This document shows positions 8,804 to 18,117 of a DNA stretch of 64,000 bases, in pieces. The DNA is from Ostreococcus lucimarinus. Lineage: Eukaryota. Numbering within the stretch: position 1 is the first letter of the stretch; each line of letters starts with the position of its first letter. The notes beneath the pieces were generated by a model. It was not told where the DNA came from, made no database searches, and saw only the letters and a list, made by a program, of their open reading frames with translations. Location: NCBI GenBank assembly GCA_000092065.1, contig CP000581.1; one strand, written 5' to 3'. The position numbers and the translations under genes are program-made.

Positions 8804-10282
8804 AGCGTGATATCGAAGGAGCGCGAGGGGAAGTATCTCGGGAAGACGGTGCAGGTGGTGCCGCACATCACGGATGAGATTCAAGACTGGATCGAGCGCG
8901 TGGCGCACGTGCCGGTGGACGGGACGGATAACGTGCCGGACGTGTGCGTGATCGAGCTGGGGGGGACCGTGGGTGATATTGAATCGATGCCGTTCATCGA
9001 GGCGCTTCGACAGTTTCAGTTTCGAGTGGGGACGGAGAACTTTTGCTTGATTCACGTGTCGCTCGTGCCCGTCGTCGGCGCCGTCGGAGAGCAAAAGACC
9101 AAGCCGACGCAGCACTCGATCCAGGCGTTGCGTTCGGCGGGGTTGTCGCCACACATGCTCGCGTGTCGCTCAAAGCACCCGCTCGAGCAAAGCGTCATGG
9201 ACAAACTCGCGCTGTTCTGCCACGTGAACCCGAAGTGTATCATCAACTTGTGCGACGTGAGTAATATTTGGCACGTGCCGCTGGTGATGCTCGAGCAGGA
9301 CGCGCTGAGGAATATCATGTCCCAACTGCAGCTTCCGTACGCTGATCCGGACATGCAGCAATGGGAGTACCGCGCGAAAAAGTGGGACGCCGTCACGACG
9401 CCCGTCACCATCGCACTCGTCGGAAAGTACACTGGTTTGGGCGACTCGTACTTGTCCGTCACCAAGGCTTTGCTGCACAGCTCCATTGCGTGCGATCGTA
9501 AACTCGACTTGTTGTGGGTCGAAGCGAGCGATTTGGAGGAGGAAACGAAGAGCGAGGATGTGTCCAAGTACGAAGCGGCTTGGGAGAGCGTCAAGAAGGC
9601 GCAAGGCATCTTGGTTCCGGGTGGTTTCGGCGGTCGCGGTACCGAAGGGAAAATGATCGCCGCCAAGTACGCGCGCGAGAACAAGGTTCCGTACCTCGGT
9701 ATCTGCCTCGGGATGCAGTGTATGGTGATTGAGTACGCGCGCAACGTTCTCGGTCTGTCGGACGCGCACTCAACGGAGATGGAACCGGAAACGAAGAACC
9801 CGGCCGTCATCTTTATGCCCGAAGGGAGCAAGACGCACATGGGCGGCACGATGCGTCTCGGCAGTCGAAGAACCATCTTCCAAACGCAGGATTGCATCTC
9901 CTCTCGCTTGTACGGATCGGTGCCGCACGTTGACGAGCGTCACCGTCATAGGTACGAAGTGAATCCGGAAATGGTGCCTCAGCTCGAGGCGGCTGGATGC
10001 AAGTTTGTCGGCAAGGACGACACGCAGTTGCGCATGGAGATTTGCGAAGTCGACGGCCATCCGTTCATGGTTGGCTGCCAGTATCACCCCGAGTACAAGT
10101 CTCGTCCTGGACGACCCTCTCCGCTTTTCATGGGGCTCATCCTCGCCGCGAGCTCTCAACTCGGTGAGTACAACTCGGACGAGGCGATCGCCGTTCGCAA
10201 GAGCGCAGCCTATAGCGAACACAACTCCGTGCTCACCAGTCCACTCAAGGTGCTCCGACAGAACGTCTCCCCATCCAAGTAG
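8804..10282 (+). CDS. CTPS: CTP synthase, exon 2 (synthetase and glutamine amidotransferase domains)
   Basis: The acceptor cag at 8801-8803 is followed by SVISKEREGKYLGKTVQVVPHITDEIQ, which continues the CTP synthase alignment in frame. A GATase domain (GICLGMQ, ...HPEY) follows. The 157-bp intron contains ACTGAC 32 nt before the acceptor. Confidence 0.9.
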   Translation, partial: SVISKEREGKYLGKTVQVVPHITDEIQDWIERVAHVPVDGTDNVPDVCVIELGGTVGDIESMPFIEALRQFQFRVGTENFCLIHVSLVPVVGAVGEQKTKPTQHSIQALRSAGLSPHMLACRSKHPLEQSVMDKLALFCHVNPKCIINLCDVSNIWHVPLVMLEQDALRNIMSQLQLPYADPDMQQWEYRAKKWDAVTTPVTIALVGKYTGLGDSYLSVTKALLHSSIACDRKLDLLWVEASDLEEETKSEDVSKYEAAWESVKKAQGILVPGGFGGRGTEGKMIAAKYARENKVPYLGICLGMQCMVIEYARNVLGLSDAHSTEMEPETKNPAVIFMPEGSKTHMGGTMRLGSRRTIFQTQDCISSRLYGSVPHVDERHRHRYEVNPEMVPQLEAAGCKFVGKDDTQLRMEICEVDGHPFMVGCQYHPEYKSRPGRPSPLFMGLILAASSQLGEYNSDEAIAVRKSAAYSEHNSVLTSPLKVLRQNVSPSK

Positions 10283-10521
10283 ACATCGACATCGTACACT
10301 AATCGCCTCTGAAGTAAGTACTAGGAACTTATACGTTGTAGTTGGCTCATCGTTACACAAATCTATGAACGACTTTCCCTTGAAAGTTTCTCCGCGCCGC
10401 GCGTTCGCCTCTCAGCGCGCGGCGTCCACGCCCGCACACCCAGACCGCGCGCGCGAACGCACCGCTCTCGGTCGTCGACGGCGACGATCGGTGCGCGAGC
10501 GTCCTCAGACGTCTCGCGCGC

Positions 10522-13086
10522 ATGTCGCGCGACGACGCGCGTCGACGGCGCCACCGCGCGTCGTCGCGCGTCGTCTCGACAACGGTCTACTCAAAGGCCG
10601 CGGCATGTTTCATCGTCGCGCTCTTCGCCGTCATCGCGCGCGCGCAGCGACTGCCGACGTACGTGCAGCCGCCGTACTTGCAAAGCATATCGCCGGACAC
10701 GGGGCACGTCGTGGGAGGAACGACGGTGACGATATACGGGGGGGGATTCCAGAATCACGCGGGACTGGCGGCGCGGTTCGCGTATTACGACTCAAACACC
10801 GGGACGGCGGAGGTTGACGTGGTTCGGGCGACGTACGTCGATTACGGCACCATACGAGTGGTGACACCGCCGAGAAAATTTGCGGCGAGCGTGCACGTGA
10901 CGGTGACGAATAACGGGATTGGATACAGCACGACGCCGTTGAATACGGATGACGCGGGGACGTACGCGTTGTTTGAGTACAAATCCAACGCGCCCGCGGG
11001 AAGTTGGACGGTGAAAAACGCCACAGGGCACGCGTTCGGCGGGGCGGTGGTGGAGATTACGAATCCGTCGCACACGACGAGCACGAGATCGACGGATAAT
11101 AATTTTCTCCCCGGGGTGCACCTGCGATGTAGGTTTGGAAATCCATCAGACGCGTCGGCGACGACAAATTTGACGATCGGCACGGCGACGAAGACGGCGG
11201 AACATCCATGGTTCGGGCGTGGTGGTAATATCGGGTACACAGTGACGTCGAACCGCTTGAATGGTGGTTCCGCGATGGAAGGTCCGTCGTTTATTTTACG
11301 ACGAGGAACGACGTACACGTTTACGGTGAGTTCGACTGGACATCCATTTTATTTATCTTCTGTAGAGCCATCCATGTGGGAAAAAAGCAACACGCCAACG
11401 GCCACGCTCACGACGGCGACAGATAGCGGTTCGGTGACCTTCGCGCCGGATTCTAACACGCCAGATTATGTGTTTTATCACAGCACTAGCGGAGCGTTCA
11501 TGGGCGGTATGATCACCGTCGTAGATTCAGGCGCGGCAGATTTCGAGACTGGTGCTGCCAACGCGAATACGGTACGCGCGGAATGGGTTTCATACAACAA
11601 AATCCGCTGTATCGCCCCAACGTCGGTGAGCGCGCTGGACGACAACGCGGATCATGGCGGAAATCAAGTGACAATCTTTGTCTCAAACGACGGCGTATCG
11701 TACCACAGCGGGCAGGGCGGCGCCGACTCGGCAACACCCACTGATGCAGGTACTGGGTCCACGTTCACCTACTTCGGCAACACGGCGTTTACAGACGTTC
11801 CTCTGTATTTTCTTGGGTCTGGCGCTTCGTACAGCGGAGGTGTCGCTCTTGAGTTAACGTCGTCCAAGCACGCCGTGAGCACAATTTACGCTCAAGACGG
11901 CACGAAGGACGGCACTGCGGCGACGGCGTATGCAAGCGCGAAAACATCGCATGCGACGGAAGCGTCACTCGTAGTAGGTTCTGGTAACGCGGACGACCTC
12001 GTGGTAGAGGGAACTTTTACAGGAAACGGAATCGCGTGGTTCGAAATCGTCATCGACGACGCAACAAGTGGCGCTGAAACATTTAGATGGCGACTGCACG
12101 CGGGCGTCGGTTCGAACGTAGCCTGGGTCGAAACCGCCCGAGCAATTCCTGTCGGTGTTTTCGGGGGCACCATATCCCCATCGGGGTTATTGAGTGACGG
12201 AATAAGCATTCGTTTCACGTCTTCCGGAGGCCATCATTTGCTCGGCGACCGCTGGATCGTAAGAGTATACGGTGGCAATCCCAACGTTATTTCCGCACGA
12301 ACAACGCACGAAGAAACGACGTACGCGGCGAGAGGGCCATTCTTTGGAAACACGGAAATCACCATCATCGGTGAATCCTTCTTTCCATCGAATGGTATGT
12401 GGTGCAAGCTATACGATAGCGACACCACCGTCACGCATACCGTGCCGGCGTATTTCGACAACATGAAACGAGTGCGATGCATAACGGAAAAGCATGAGCC
12501 TCGCTCGGGTGGTGAAGTTCCAGGGACTTTTCGACCTTGCTTCTACAAGAATATTCAACTGAGTTTGGATGATAAGTCGACGTTCAGCGTGGTGAAGTCA
12601 GACGTGAAGTTTCTCTACTGCGACATTTACGTTTCAAAATCTGGTTCAGACGCGTACGGTGATGGTACGCCAAACGCGCCGTACCTCACGCTGCAGCGCT
12701 CGATTGAAGCTGCTCTCGGCGAAGCACGGTCGTATGACATTCGTTATAACCTAGACGACCCCGACACGGGCATTCGGCTTCCTTCAGAACATCGCAACGT
12801 CAAGTTTGGCACGGCTTCAAAGATTCCCGTCAATAAAGGCTTTGGTTACTTTGTCAACCGCGACAAGGTGCGCGTCAAGACTGGAACGTACGCTGGAGCG
12901 GGGAACGTAGGATTACACCCTCTCGGTAAGATGCTCGAGGCGGAGGCGAAAGATGGAGCCGTCACTATCGATTGTGGGGCTGAGGGGTACACGGGAATGC
13001 TCGTCAACGGCGATCGTCATGGTACAGAAGAAGTCACGAATTCCGGGAGCGTGTCGTTCTTTGGAATCACTCACGTTAATTGTTAA
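10522..13086 (+). CDS. Large secreted or membrane-anchored protein with IPT/TIG-like Ig-fold repeats
   Basis: True ATG at 10522. A hydrophobic signal-anchor follows (AAACFIVALFAVIARAQ). Repeated P..I.P..G...GGT.VTI.G.GF motifs are present (PYLQSISPDTGHVVGGTTVTIYGGGF). The protein is Thr/Gly/Ser-rich, typical of an extracellular protein. Confidence 0.6.
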   Translation: MSRDDARRRRHRASSRVVSTTVYSKAAACFIVALFAVIARAQRLPTYVQPPYLQSISPDTGHVVGGTTVTIYGGGFQNHAGLAARFAYYDSNTGTAEVDVVRATYVDYGTIRVVTPPRKFAASVHVTVTNNGIGYSTTPLNTDDAGTYALFEYKSNAPAGSWTVKNATGHAFGGAVVEITNPSHTTSTRSTDNNFLPGVHLRCRFGNPSDASATTNLTIGTATKTAEHPWFGRGGNIGYTVTSNRLNGGSAMEGPSFILRRGTTYTFTVSSTGHPFYLSSVEPSMWEKSNTPTATLTTATDSGSVTFAPDSNTPDYVFYHSTSGAFMGGMITVVDSGAADFETGAANANTVRAEWVSYNKIRCIAPTSVSALDDNADHGGNQVTIFVSNDGVSYHSGQGGADSATPTDAGTGSTFTYFGNTAFTDVPLYFLGSGASYSGGVALELTSSKHAVSTIYAQDGTKDGTAATAYASAKTSHATEASLVVGSGNADDLVVEGTFTGNGIAWFEIVIDDATSGAETFRWRLHAGVGSNVAWVETARAIPVGVFGGTISPSGLLSDGISIRFTSSGGHHLLGDRWIVRVYGGNPNVISARTTHEETTYAARGPFFGNTEITIIGESFFPSNGMWCKLYDSDTTVTHTVPAYFDNMKRVRCITEKHEPRSGGEVPGTFRPCFYKNIQLSLDDKSTFSVVKSDVKFLYCDIYVSKSGSDAYGDGTPNAPYLTLQRSIEAALGEARSYDIRYNLDDPDTGIRLPSEHRNVKFGTASKIPVNKGFGYFVNRDKVRVKTGTYAGAGNVGLHPLGKMLEAEAKDGAVTIDCGAEGYTGMLVNGDRHGTEEVTNSGSVSFFGITHVNC

Positions 13087-13152
13087 GCACATTGATTAGC
13101 TTTAGAATACAACAATGCGTCGTGCGAATGTATTAGTTGCACGTGCCTCCTC

Positions 13153-14457
13153 TCATGTTTCACCATTTTTTTCCTCGGGGGCCGTCTCGCCGGACGCGAC
13201 GAGAAGCGTCAAGTCCGTCCACGATCCGCGTCGGTCTGACTTGCTCAAGCCACCCTTCTTCGGCGAAGACACACCAGCGTGTACTAAATCAGTAAGACTT
13301 CCTTTTCTCGCGTTCTTAAGGTCACCGAACGAGGCAACCTTGACCATATCACTCAGCAAACCCGTACGGCTCGGCACGCGATCCAGCGCAAAATCTCGCT
13401 GAAGGTGCTCAGCTTTGCCCATACCCACGGCTGCGAGCGCGTTGGCACCATCCATGCGCACCATACCAGTCATATTGACGCCACTAGCGATGCGTTTGAT
13501 CGCGGCGTGCGCGGTCTTGATGGCCACCGCTTCCGCCTGCCTGTGATCGTCTTCGGTACCGGGTTCGCTCTCCTCGACTTCTTGAGCGCGTTCGTGGGAT
13601 TCGTATTCGTGTCCACCATCCAAATCCTCGAGTGCGCGTTTTCGATCGTCGCAGAGCACTTCTTCGCGCTCGAAATCCACGGACGATCGTCCGTCGACGC
13701 TCAAGCGAGCCGTGACGTTGAGAGAGCGGCGCGACTTTACGTTGAGTCCACGAAGCGCGCGCTCGGCGGCGGCGGCGGCGGCGGCGAGCTCTGAACTCTT
13801 CTCCGCGATCGTCTTCGCGAAACGATTCGGACTGATGCTTCGATGCCCGTAAATGTAACACCCAGGGGGCACTTCGCTCATCGAGCGCTTGCTCGGTAGT
13901 AGCTCGCTCGCGCCGTCAAAGTTGGCGACGATTACGGTGCCGTCGTCGTCGCGAGTGTACTTCAACTCGTACTCTCCGCTCACGTCTCGAGCCGCGAACA
14001 CGCGCACGCTCTTGGAGTCAAACACGACGAACGCAAACCTTCCGCGAAGTTTCGGCAGCGCCTTGGTGCCGAACGTCTTATACAAGTGACACACCAGCTC
14101 AGCTTCGTAGCACCGTCCGCCGACGAGCTGCCTCGCCGCCTCGAGCGCCGACGGCGCGGTATCCCCTCGTCGTCCCTCGTCCGAGAACAACCGCCACGCC
14201 AAGTAATCAACATTCGTCAGGTGTCCCACGAACGACACGATGAGCTCGTTATCCGTGAACGCCTGTATCCCCGGCCCGACGCTTATCGCCACGCCGCCCC
14301 CGTCCAGCGCGCTGCTCGACTTTTTAAACTCCAGCGCGTTCAGCGCGTCCTCCAGCGCGTCCTCACCGCCCTCGCGCGCCGCCGATCCCGTCTCCCGATT
14401 CACCCGCAGCGTTTTCGGCGGCACGACGCACAGAAACTTCCCCACGCGGTCTCGCAT
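13153..14457 (-). CDS. DUF3700 / Wali7 / AILP1-family protein (asparagine-synthetase-like class II amidotransferase fold) with long C-terminal extension
   Basis: True ATG at 14457. GRFAFVVFDSKSVRVFAARDVSGEYELKYTRDDDGTVIVANFDG and VPPGCYIYG match the plant Wali7/TSJT1-type domain. The C-terminal roughly 200 aa is low complexity with unclear status. Confidence 0.6.
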   Translation of the reverse strand: MRDRVGKFLCVVPPKTLRVNRETGSAAREGGEDALEDALNALEFKKSSSALDGGGVAISVGPGIQAFTDNELIVSFVGHLTNVDYLAWRLFSDEGRRGDTAPSALEAARQLVGGRCYEAELVCHLYKTFGTKALPKLRGRFAFVVFDSKSVRVFAARDVSGEYELKYTRDDDGTVIVANFDGASELLPSKRSMSEVPPGCYIYGHRSISPNRFAKTIAEKSSELAAAAAAAERALRGLNVKSRRSLNVTARLSVDGRSSVDFEREEVLCDDRKRALEDLDGGHEYESHERAQEVEESEPGTEDDHRQAEAVAIKTAHAAIKRIASGVNMTGMVRMDGANALAAVGMGKAEHLQRDFALDRVPSRTGLLSDMVKVASFGDLKNARKGSLTDLVHAGVSSPKKGGLSKSDRRGSWTDLTLLVASGETAPEEKNGET

Positions 14458-14670
14458 CGTCCCGTCGCGCGACGACGTGCCCCGCGCGCGCTTCGCCGCG
14501 AGCGATCCCGCGCGCGCCTCGGTCCCGTCGCGCCGGCGTCCGCGTCGCCGTCGTCACCGCCGTCGTCGCCGTCGCTCGCGCGCGCGTCGTCGCTCGCTCG
14601 CGCGTCGCTCGCGCGCGCGTCTCGCGTCGTTATCGTCGTCGCGCGCGTCGCCACGTCAGCGCGCGCGCCC

Positions 14671-14781
14671 GCGATCGCGCGCGATCGATCGCGATCGATC
14701 GATCGATCGATCGCGCGCGATCGCGGCGCCGCGATCGATCGACGACGCGCGATCGATCGCGATCGATCGCGCGCGATCGCC
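14671..14781. repeat. Palindromic (CGATCG)/(GCGATCGC) microsatellite array in the intergenic region between divergent genes
   Basis: gcgatcgcgcgcgatcgatcgcgatcgatcgatcgatcgatcgcgcgcgatcgcgg...gatcgatcgcgatcgatcgcgcgcgatcgcc. It sits between the DUF3700 gene start (14457, minus) and the Nup98-like start (14964, plus). Confidence 0.8.
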
Positions 14782-14963
14782 GACGTCGCCGTCTCGTCTC
14801 TCGTATACAAACACTCCAGATCGCCGTCGCGCGTCGACGCGAGGCGCGTCGACGCGCGTGATAAATTAAGTAAATCACACGCGCGCGGCGCCGACGCGTG
14901 CGATTTTCGCCGCGCGCGAGAAATCGCGACGCGCGCGTCGGCACGTCGCGACGCGCGGTCGCG

Positions 14964-17900
14964 ATGGCGTTCGGTGGATTCGGTGGGTTCGGCGCGGCGC
15001 AGCAGCCGCCGTCGCCGTTCGGCGCGGCGCAGCAGCCGCACAGCGGCGCGTTCGGCGCGACGGGGGCTCGACCGGCGACGACGGGCGCGTTCGGCGGTGG
15101 ATTCGGGGGGCAGGGCGCGGCGAGCGGGGGGTTCGGGAGCGCGATCGGCGGCGCTGGGAGCGGCGCGCCGGGCGCGGCGCGGGCGGTGGCGGACGCGTGC
15201 AAGTTTTGGAACCGCGGGAGCTGTAAATTCGGGGCGCGGTGTAACAATAAGCACTGCTGTTCAAAGTGCGGATCGACGGCGCATCGCGCGGTGAGCTGCT
15301 CGATGACGCCGGGGGTGAGCGGATATCGAGCGACGCGGGTGATGGATAAGGAGCTGTTGACGCCGGGGACGTCGTACGCGATGGTGCACTCGATCAGCGC
15401 GATGCCGGAGAATTTGGGGAAGAGCGCGGAGGAGATTCGGGCGGCGGCGTACGCGAGCGCGGATCAGCCGGCGACGAGCGCGGGTGGGTTCGGGGCGCCG
15501 GCGGCGACGAGTCCGTTCGGGGGGACGACGGGGGGAGGAAGCGCGTTCGGGGGGGCGAGCGGGGGAGCGTTCGGAGCGAGCGCGACGCCGGCGAGTCCGT
15601 TTGGGGCGCCGAGCGGGGGTGCCTTCGGAGCGTCGACGTCGACGCCGGGCGGTTTCGGGGCGTCAGCCGCGCCGAGCGCTTTCGGCGCACCGTCGGGAGG
15701 CGGAGCGTTCGGATCATCGCCCACGGGTGGGTTCGGGGCGCCCGCGGCGGCGCCGAGCCCGTTTGGCGGCGCCGCGACGCCGTCCGCTTTCGGAGCGCCC
15801 GCGAGTTCGGCGCCGAGCGGCGGTTTGTTCGGGTCCACGACAGGCGGTTTCGGCGCTTCTCCGGCGTCTTCCGCGTTCGGGGCGCCGTCGACCACGAGCG
15901 CGTTCGGGGCGAGCGCGCCGACGCCGGGTGCTTTCGGCGCCACGCCGTCGGCGAGTCCGTTTGGGGCGGCGCCTTCGACGCCGGGCGCGTTTGGGGCGCC
16001 GGCTTCGACGCCCGCTTTCGGCGCATCGGGCGCGTTTGGCGCCGCACCGACGCCGAGTGCGTTCGGAGCGCCGTCGTCTACGCCCGCGTTCGGTGCAGCG
16101 CCCGCGTCTAGCCCTTTCGGCGCCGCGCCCGCGGCGGCGAGTCCGTTCGGCGCGGCGCCGTCGACGCCGGCATTCGGTGCGGCGCCGACACCGGGCGCGT
16201 TCGGCGCGGCGCCATCATCCGGTGGCGGACTGTTCGGCGCGGCGCCTTCGACGGGTGGTGGTTTGTTCGGTGCGTCTGCGCCTTCCACTCCAGGCGCGTT
16301 CGGCGCGAGCACGCCCGCGCCCGGAGGATTTGGCGCTCCAAAGCCCGCGGGCGGGCTGTTCGGCGCTGCGCCGTCGACGCCAGCGACTGGGGGGCTGTTT
16401 GGTGCTAGTACAGGTGCAACCACTCCTGGCTTCGCCGGTTCAACGCCAGGGTTCGGCGCAGCACCGTCCACGGGTGGTTTGTTTGGCGCCTCGGCTCCGG
16501 CAACCGGAGGCGGCGGTTTGTTTGGCGCCGCGCCGTCTGCGGCGGCGACGCCTGCGTTCGGTGGATTTGGCGCGTCTGCGGCGACACCCGCGTTTGGTGC
16601 ATCTTCTGCGGCGTCCGGTGGTTTGTTCGGTGCATCCGCGCCGACTTCTGCGCCAAGCGGTGGACTGTTTGGCGCCGCGCCGACGTCTTCGCCCGGCGGC
16701 GGTTTGTTCGGCGCTTCGGCACCGGCGACCGGCGGTGCCTTCGGTGGCGGACTTTTCGGTGCCGCGAAGCCCGCGAGCGGTGGACTTTTCGGCGCCGCCC
16801 CGACGACCGGAGCTGCTCCTGGTGGCGGACTGTTTGGTGCGTCGGCTCCGACGTCGGCGCCGAGCGGCGGTTTGTTTGGCGCGGCTCCGACGGCGGGTGG
16901 TGGATTGTTTGGCGCTTCCGCACCCGCCGCTGGAGGTAGCATTTTCGGCGCAGGGGGGCTTGGAGCCTCGCAGCCGGCGATGGGTGCGCTCGTACCTTTC
17001 GGCGCTCAGCCTGCCGTTGCGTCCACTCCGTACGGGTCACCACTTCAGCCTCCGCAGCTCGCGCTGGCGACGACGGACCAAGCCCAAGCGAAGAGATCTT
17101 TGCTCGGTAAGATGCAAAGCCCAGCCGCTGGTGCCGCGGCGACGGCATTCCCAGTGCGTTCGCTGACGCCACGCTCTCCTTGGCTCACGAGCCGCGGTGG
17201 GTTAAGCCGCGAACCGAAGCCGCGTGGCGGCGCGTCTTTGCCGTCTCCTGGAGGCGCGGCACAAGCCATCGGAACACCCACTTCGGCTGCTCGCCCTGGG
17301 AGCGCGGTGTCCGTGGCCACGCCATCGAGTGGTGGGTGGTTGTTCAAGCCACGCGAGAATCCTCGCGCGCTCTTCATTCGCCCAGAGGGTGTTTCTGCTT
17401 CGCCAGCGCCGTCAGTCGCGCTCGCGGTTTCGCCGACGCGCGCAGATCAAAGCCCGGAACGTCGTCAAGTCCATTTCGCAGAGGACAAAGAAAACACTCC
17501 GGGTAAAGGCGCACCGGTTAGTCACAATATCATCATGCCGAAGCTCACTTCTGAAGGCTACAGCATGAACCCGACGCTTGAACAAATGGAAAGAATGTTT
17601 GAGCGCAGCGGCGACGACGCCCTCGCGGCGGTGGACAACTTTTCTGTGTCGAACGAAGCTTTCGGTCGCGTAAAGTGGCTCGAGCCCGTCGATGTTCGTG
17701 GCTTGGATCTCGATAAAATCGTGTCTTTCGAGCAGGCGTGCTTGTGCCTGTACCCCGAAGATCAAGGTATCGAGCCGCCGGAAGAGGGTGAAGGTTTGAA
17801 GAAGCGCGCCGAGGTAACGCTGTACGGAATCTTGCCGAAGAAGTCTGGCACCGCCGCCAAGGAAAAGTATCGCGAGAAGATTGTGAAACAAACCGAAAAA

Positions 17901-17966
17901 GCGGGCGCCGAACTCGTAGAATACAACCCAGATACAGGGATTTGGAAATTCATCCTGCAACTTTGA
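14964..17966 (+). CDS. NUP98: GLFG-repeat nucleoporin, Nup98-like, with N-terminal CCCH zinc finger and C-terminal Nup98 autoproteolytic-type domain
   Basis: ATG at 14964. C-x7-C-x5-C-x3-H finger (CKFWNRGSCKFGARCNNKH). More than 40 FG or GLFG repeats (GGLFGAAP...). The C-terminus (GLKKRAEVTLYGILPKK...EYNPDTGIWKF) aligns to the Nup98 autoproteolytic domain (GLNRKAEVTLDGVWP...EYRPETGSWVFKVSHF) but ends ILQL* without the HF|S cleavage motif. Confidence 0.8.
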   Translation: MAFGGFGGFGAAQQPPSPFGAAQQPHSGAFGATGARPATTGAFGGGFGGQGAASGGFGSAIGGAGSGAPGAARAVADACKFWNRGSCKFGARCNNKHCCSKCGSTAHRAVSCSMTPGVSGYRATRVMDKELLTPGTSYAMVHSISAMPENLGKSAEEIRAAAYASADQPATSAGGFGAPAATSPFGGTTGGGSAFGGASGGAFGASATPASPFGAPSGGAFGASTSTPGGFGASAAPSAFGAPSGGGAFGSSPTGGFGAPAAAPSPFGGAATPSAFGAPASSAPSGGLFGSTTGGFGASPASSAFGAPSTTSAFGASAPTPGAFGATPSASPFGAAPSTPGAFGAPASTPAFGASGAFGAAPTPSAFGAPSSTPAFGAAPASSPFGAAPAAASPFGAAPSTPAFGAAPTPGAFGAAPSSGGGLFGAAPSTGGGLFGASAPSTPGAFGASTPAPGGFGAPKPAGGLFGAAPSTPATGGLFGASTGATTPGFAGSTPGFGAAPSTGGLFGASAPATGGGGLFGAAPSAAATPAFGGFGASAATPAFGASSAASGGLFGASAPTSAPSGGLFGAAPTSSPGGGLFGASAPATGGAFGGGLFGAAKPASGGLFGAAPTTGAAPGGGLFGASAPTSAPSGGLFGAAPTAGGGLFGASAPAAGGSIFGAGGLGASQPAMGALVPFGAQPAVASTPYGSPLQPPQLALATTDQAQAKRSLLGKMQSPAAGAAATAFPVRSLTPRSPWLTSRGGLSREPKPRGGASLPSPGGAAQAIGTPTSAARPGSAVSVATPSSGGWLFKPRENPRALFIRPEGVSASPAPSVALAVSPTRADQSPERRQVHFAEDKENTPGKGAPVSHNIIMPKLTSEGYSMNPTLEQMERMFERSGDDALAAVDNFSVSNEAFGRVKWLEPVDVRGLDLDKIVSFEQACLCLYPEDQGIEPPEEGEGLKKRAEVTLYGILPKKSGTAAKEKYREKIVKQTEKAGAELVEYNPDTGIWKFILQL

Positions 17967-18078
17967 TGAACGGGATGAACGATTTGACACGTCGCGAAAA
18001 ACGGACCGCGCGAAGGAAAGATCCTTCCTAAGCCACCACGGTGAGCGACAAATAAGCACAACATCATTTAGTAGGTTT

Positions 18079-18083
18079 TGTAA
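18079..18083 (+). promoter_or_regulatory. TGTAA green-algal-type poly(A) signal downstream of the Nup98-like gene
   Basis: ggttttgTAATAAgag lies in the AT-richer 3' flank, about 110 nt after the stop. Confidence 0.35.
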
Positions 18084-18117
18084 TAAGAGACGAATGATCT
18101 CACTACATATGAATGAA

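Noticed and set aside
15464-17166. Two very long ORFs (492 aa Pro/Ala-rich on minus, 560 aa Arg-rich on plus) overlapping the Nup98-like gene
   Set aside because: They lie antisense or out of frame to a strongly supported FG-repeat CDS. Their composition is the mirror image of GGN/GCN-rich repeat DNA (GC3 bias artefact), with no domains.
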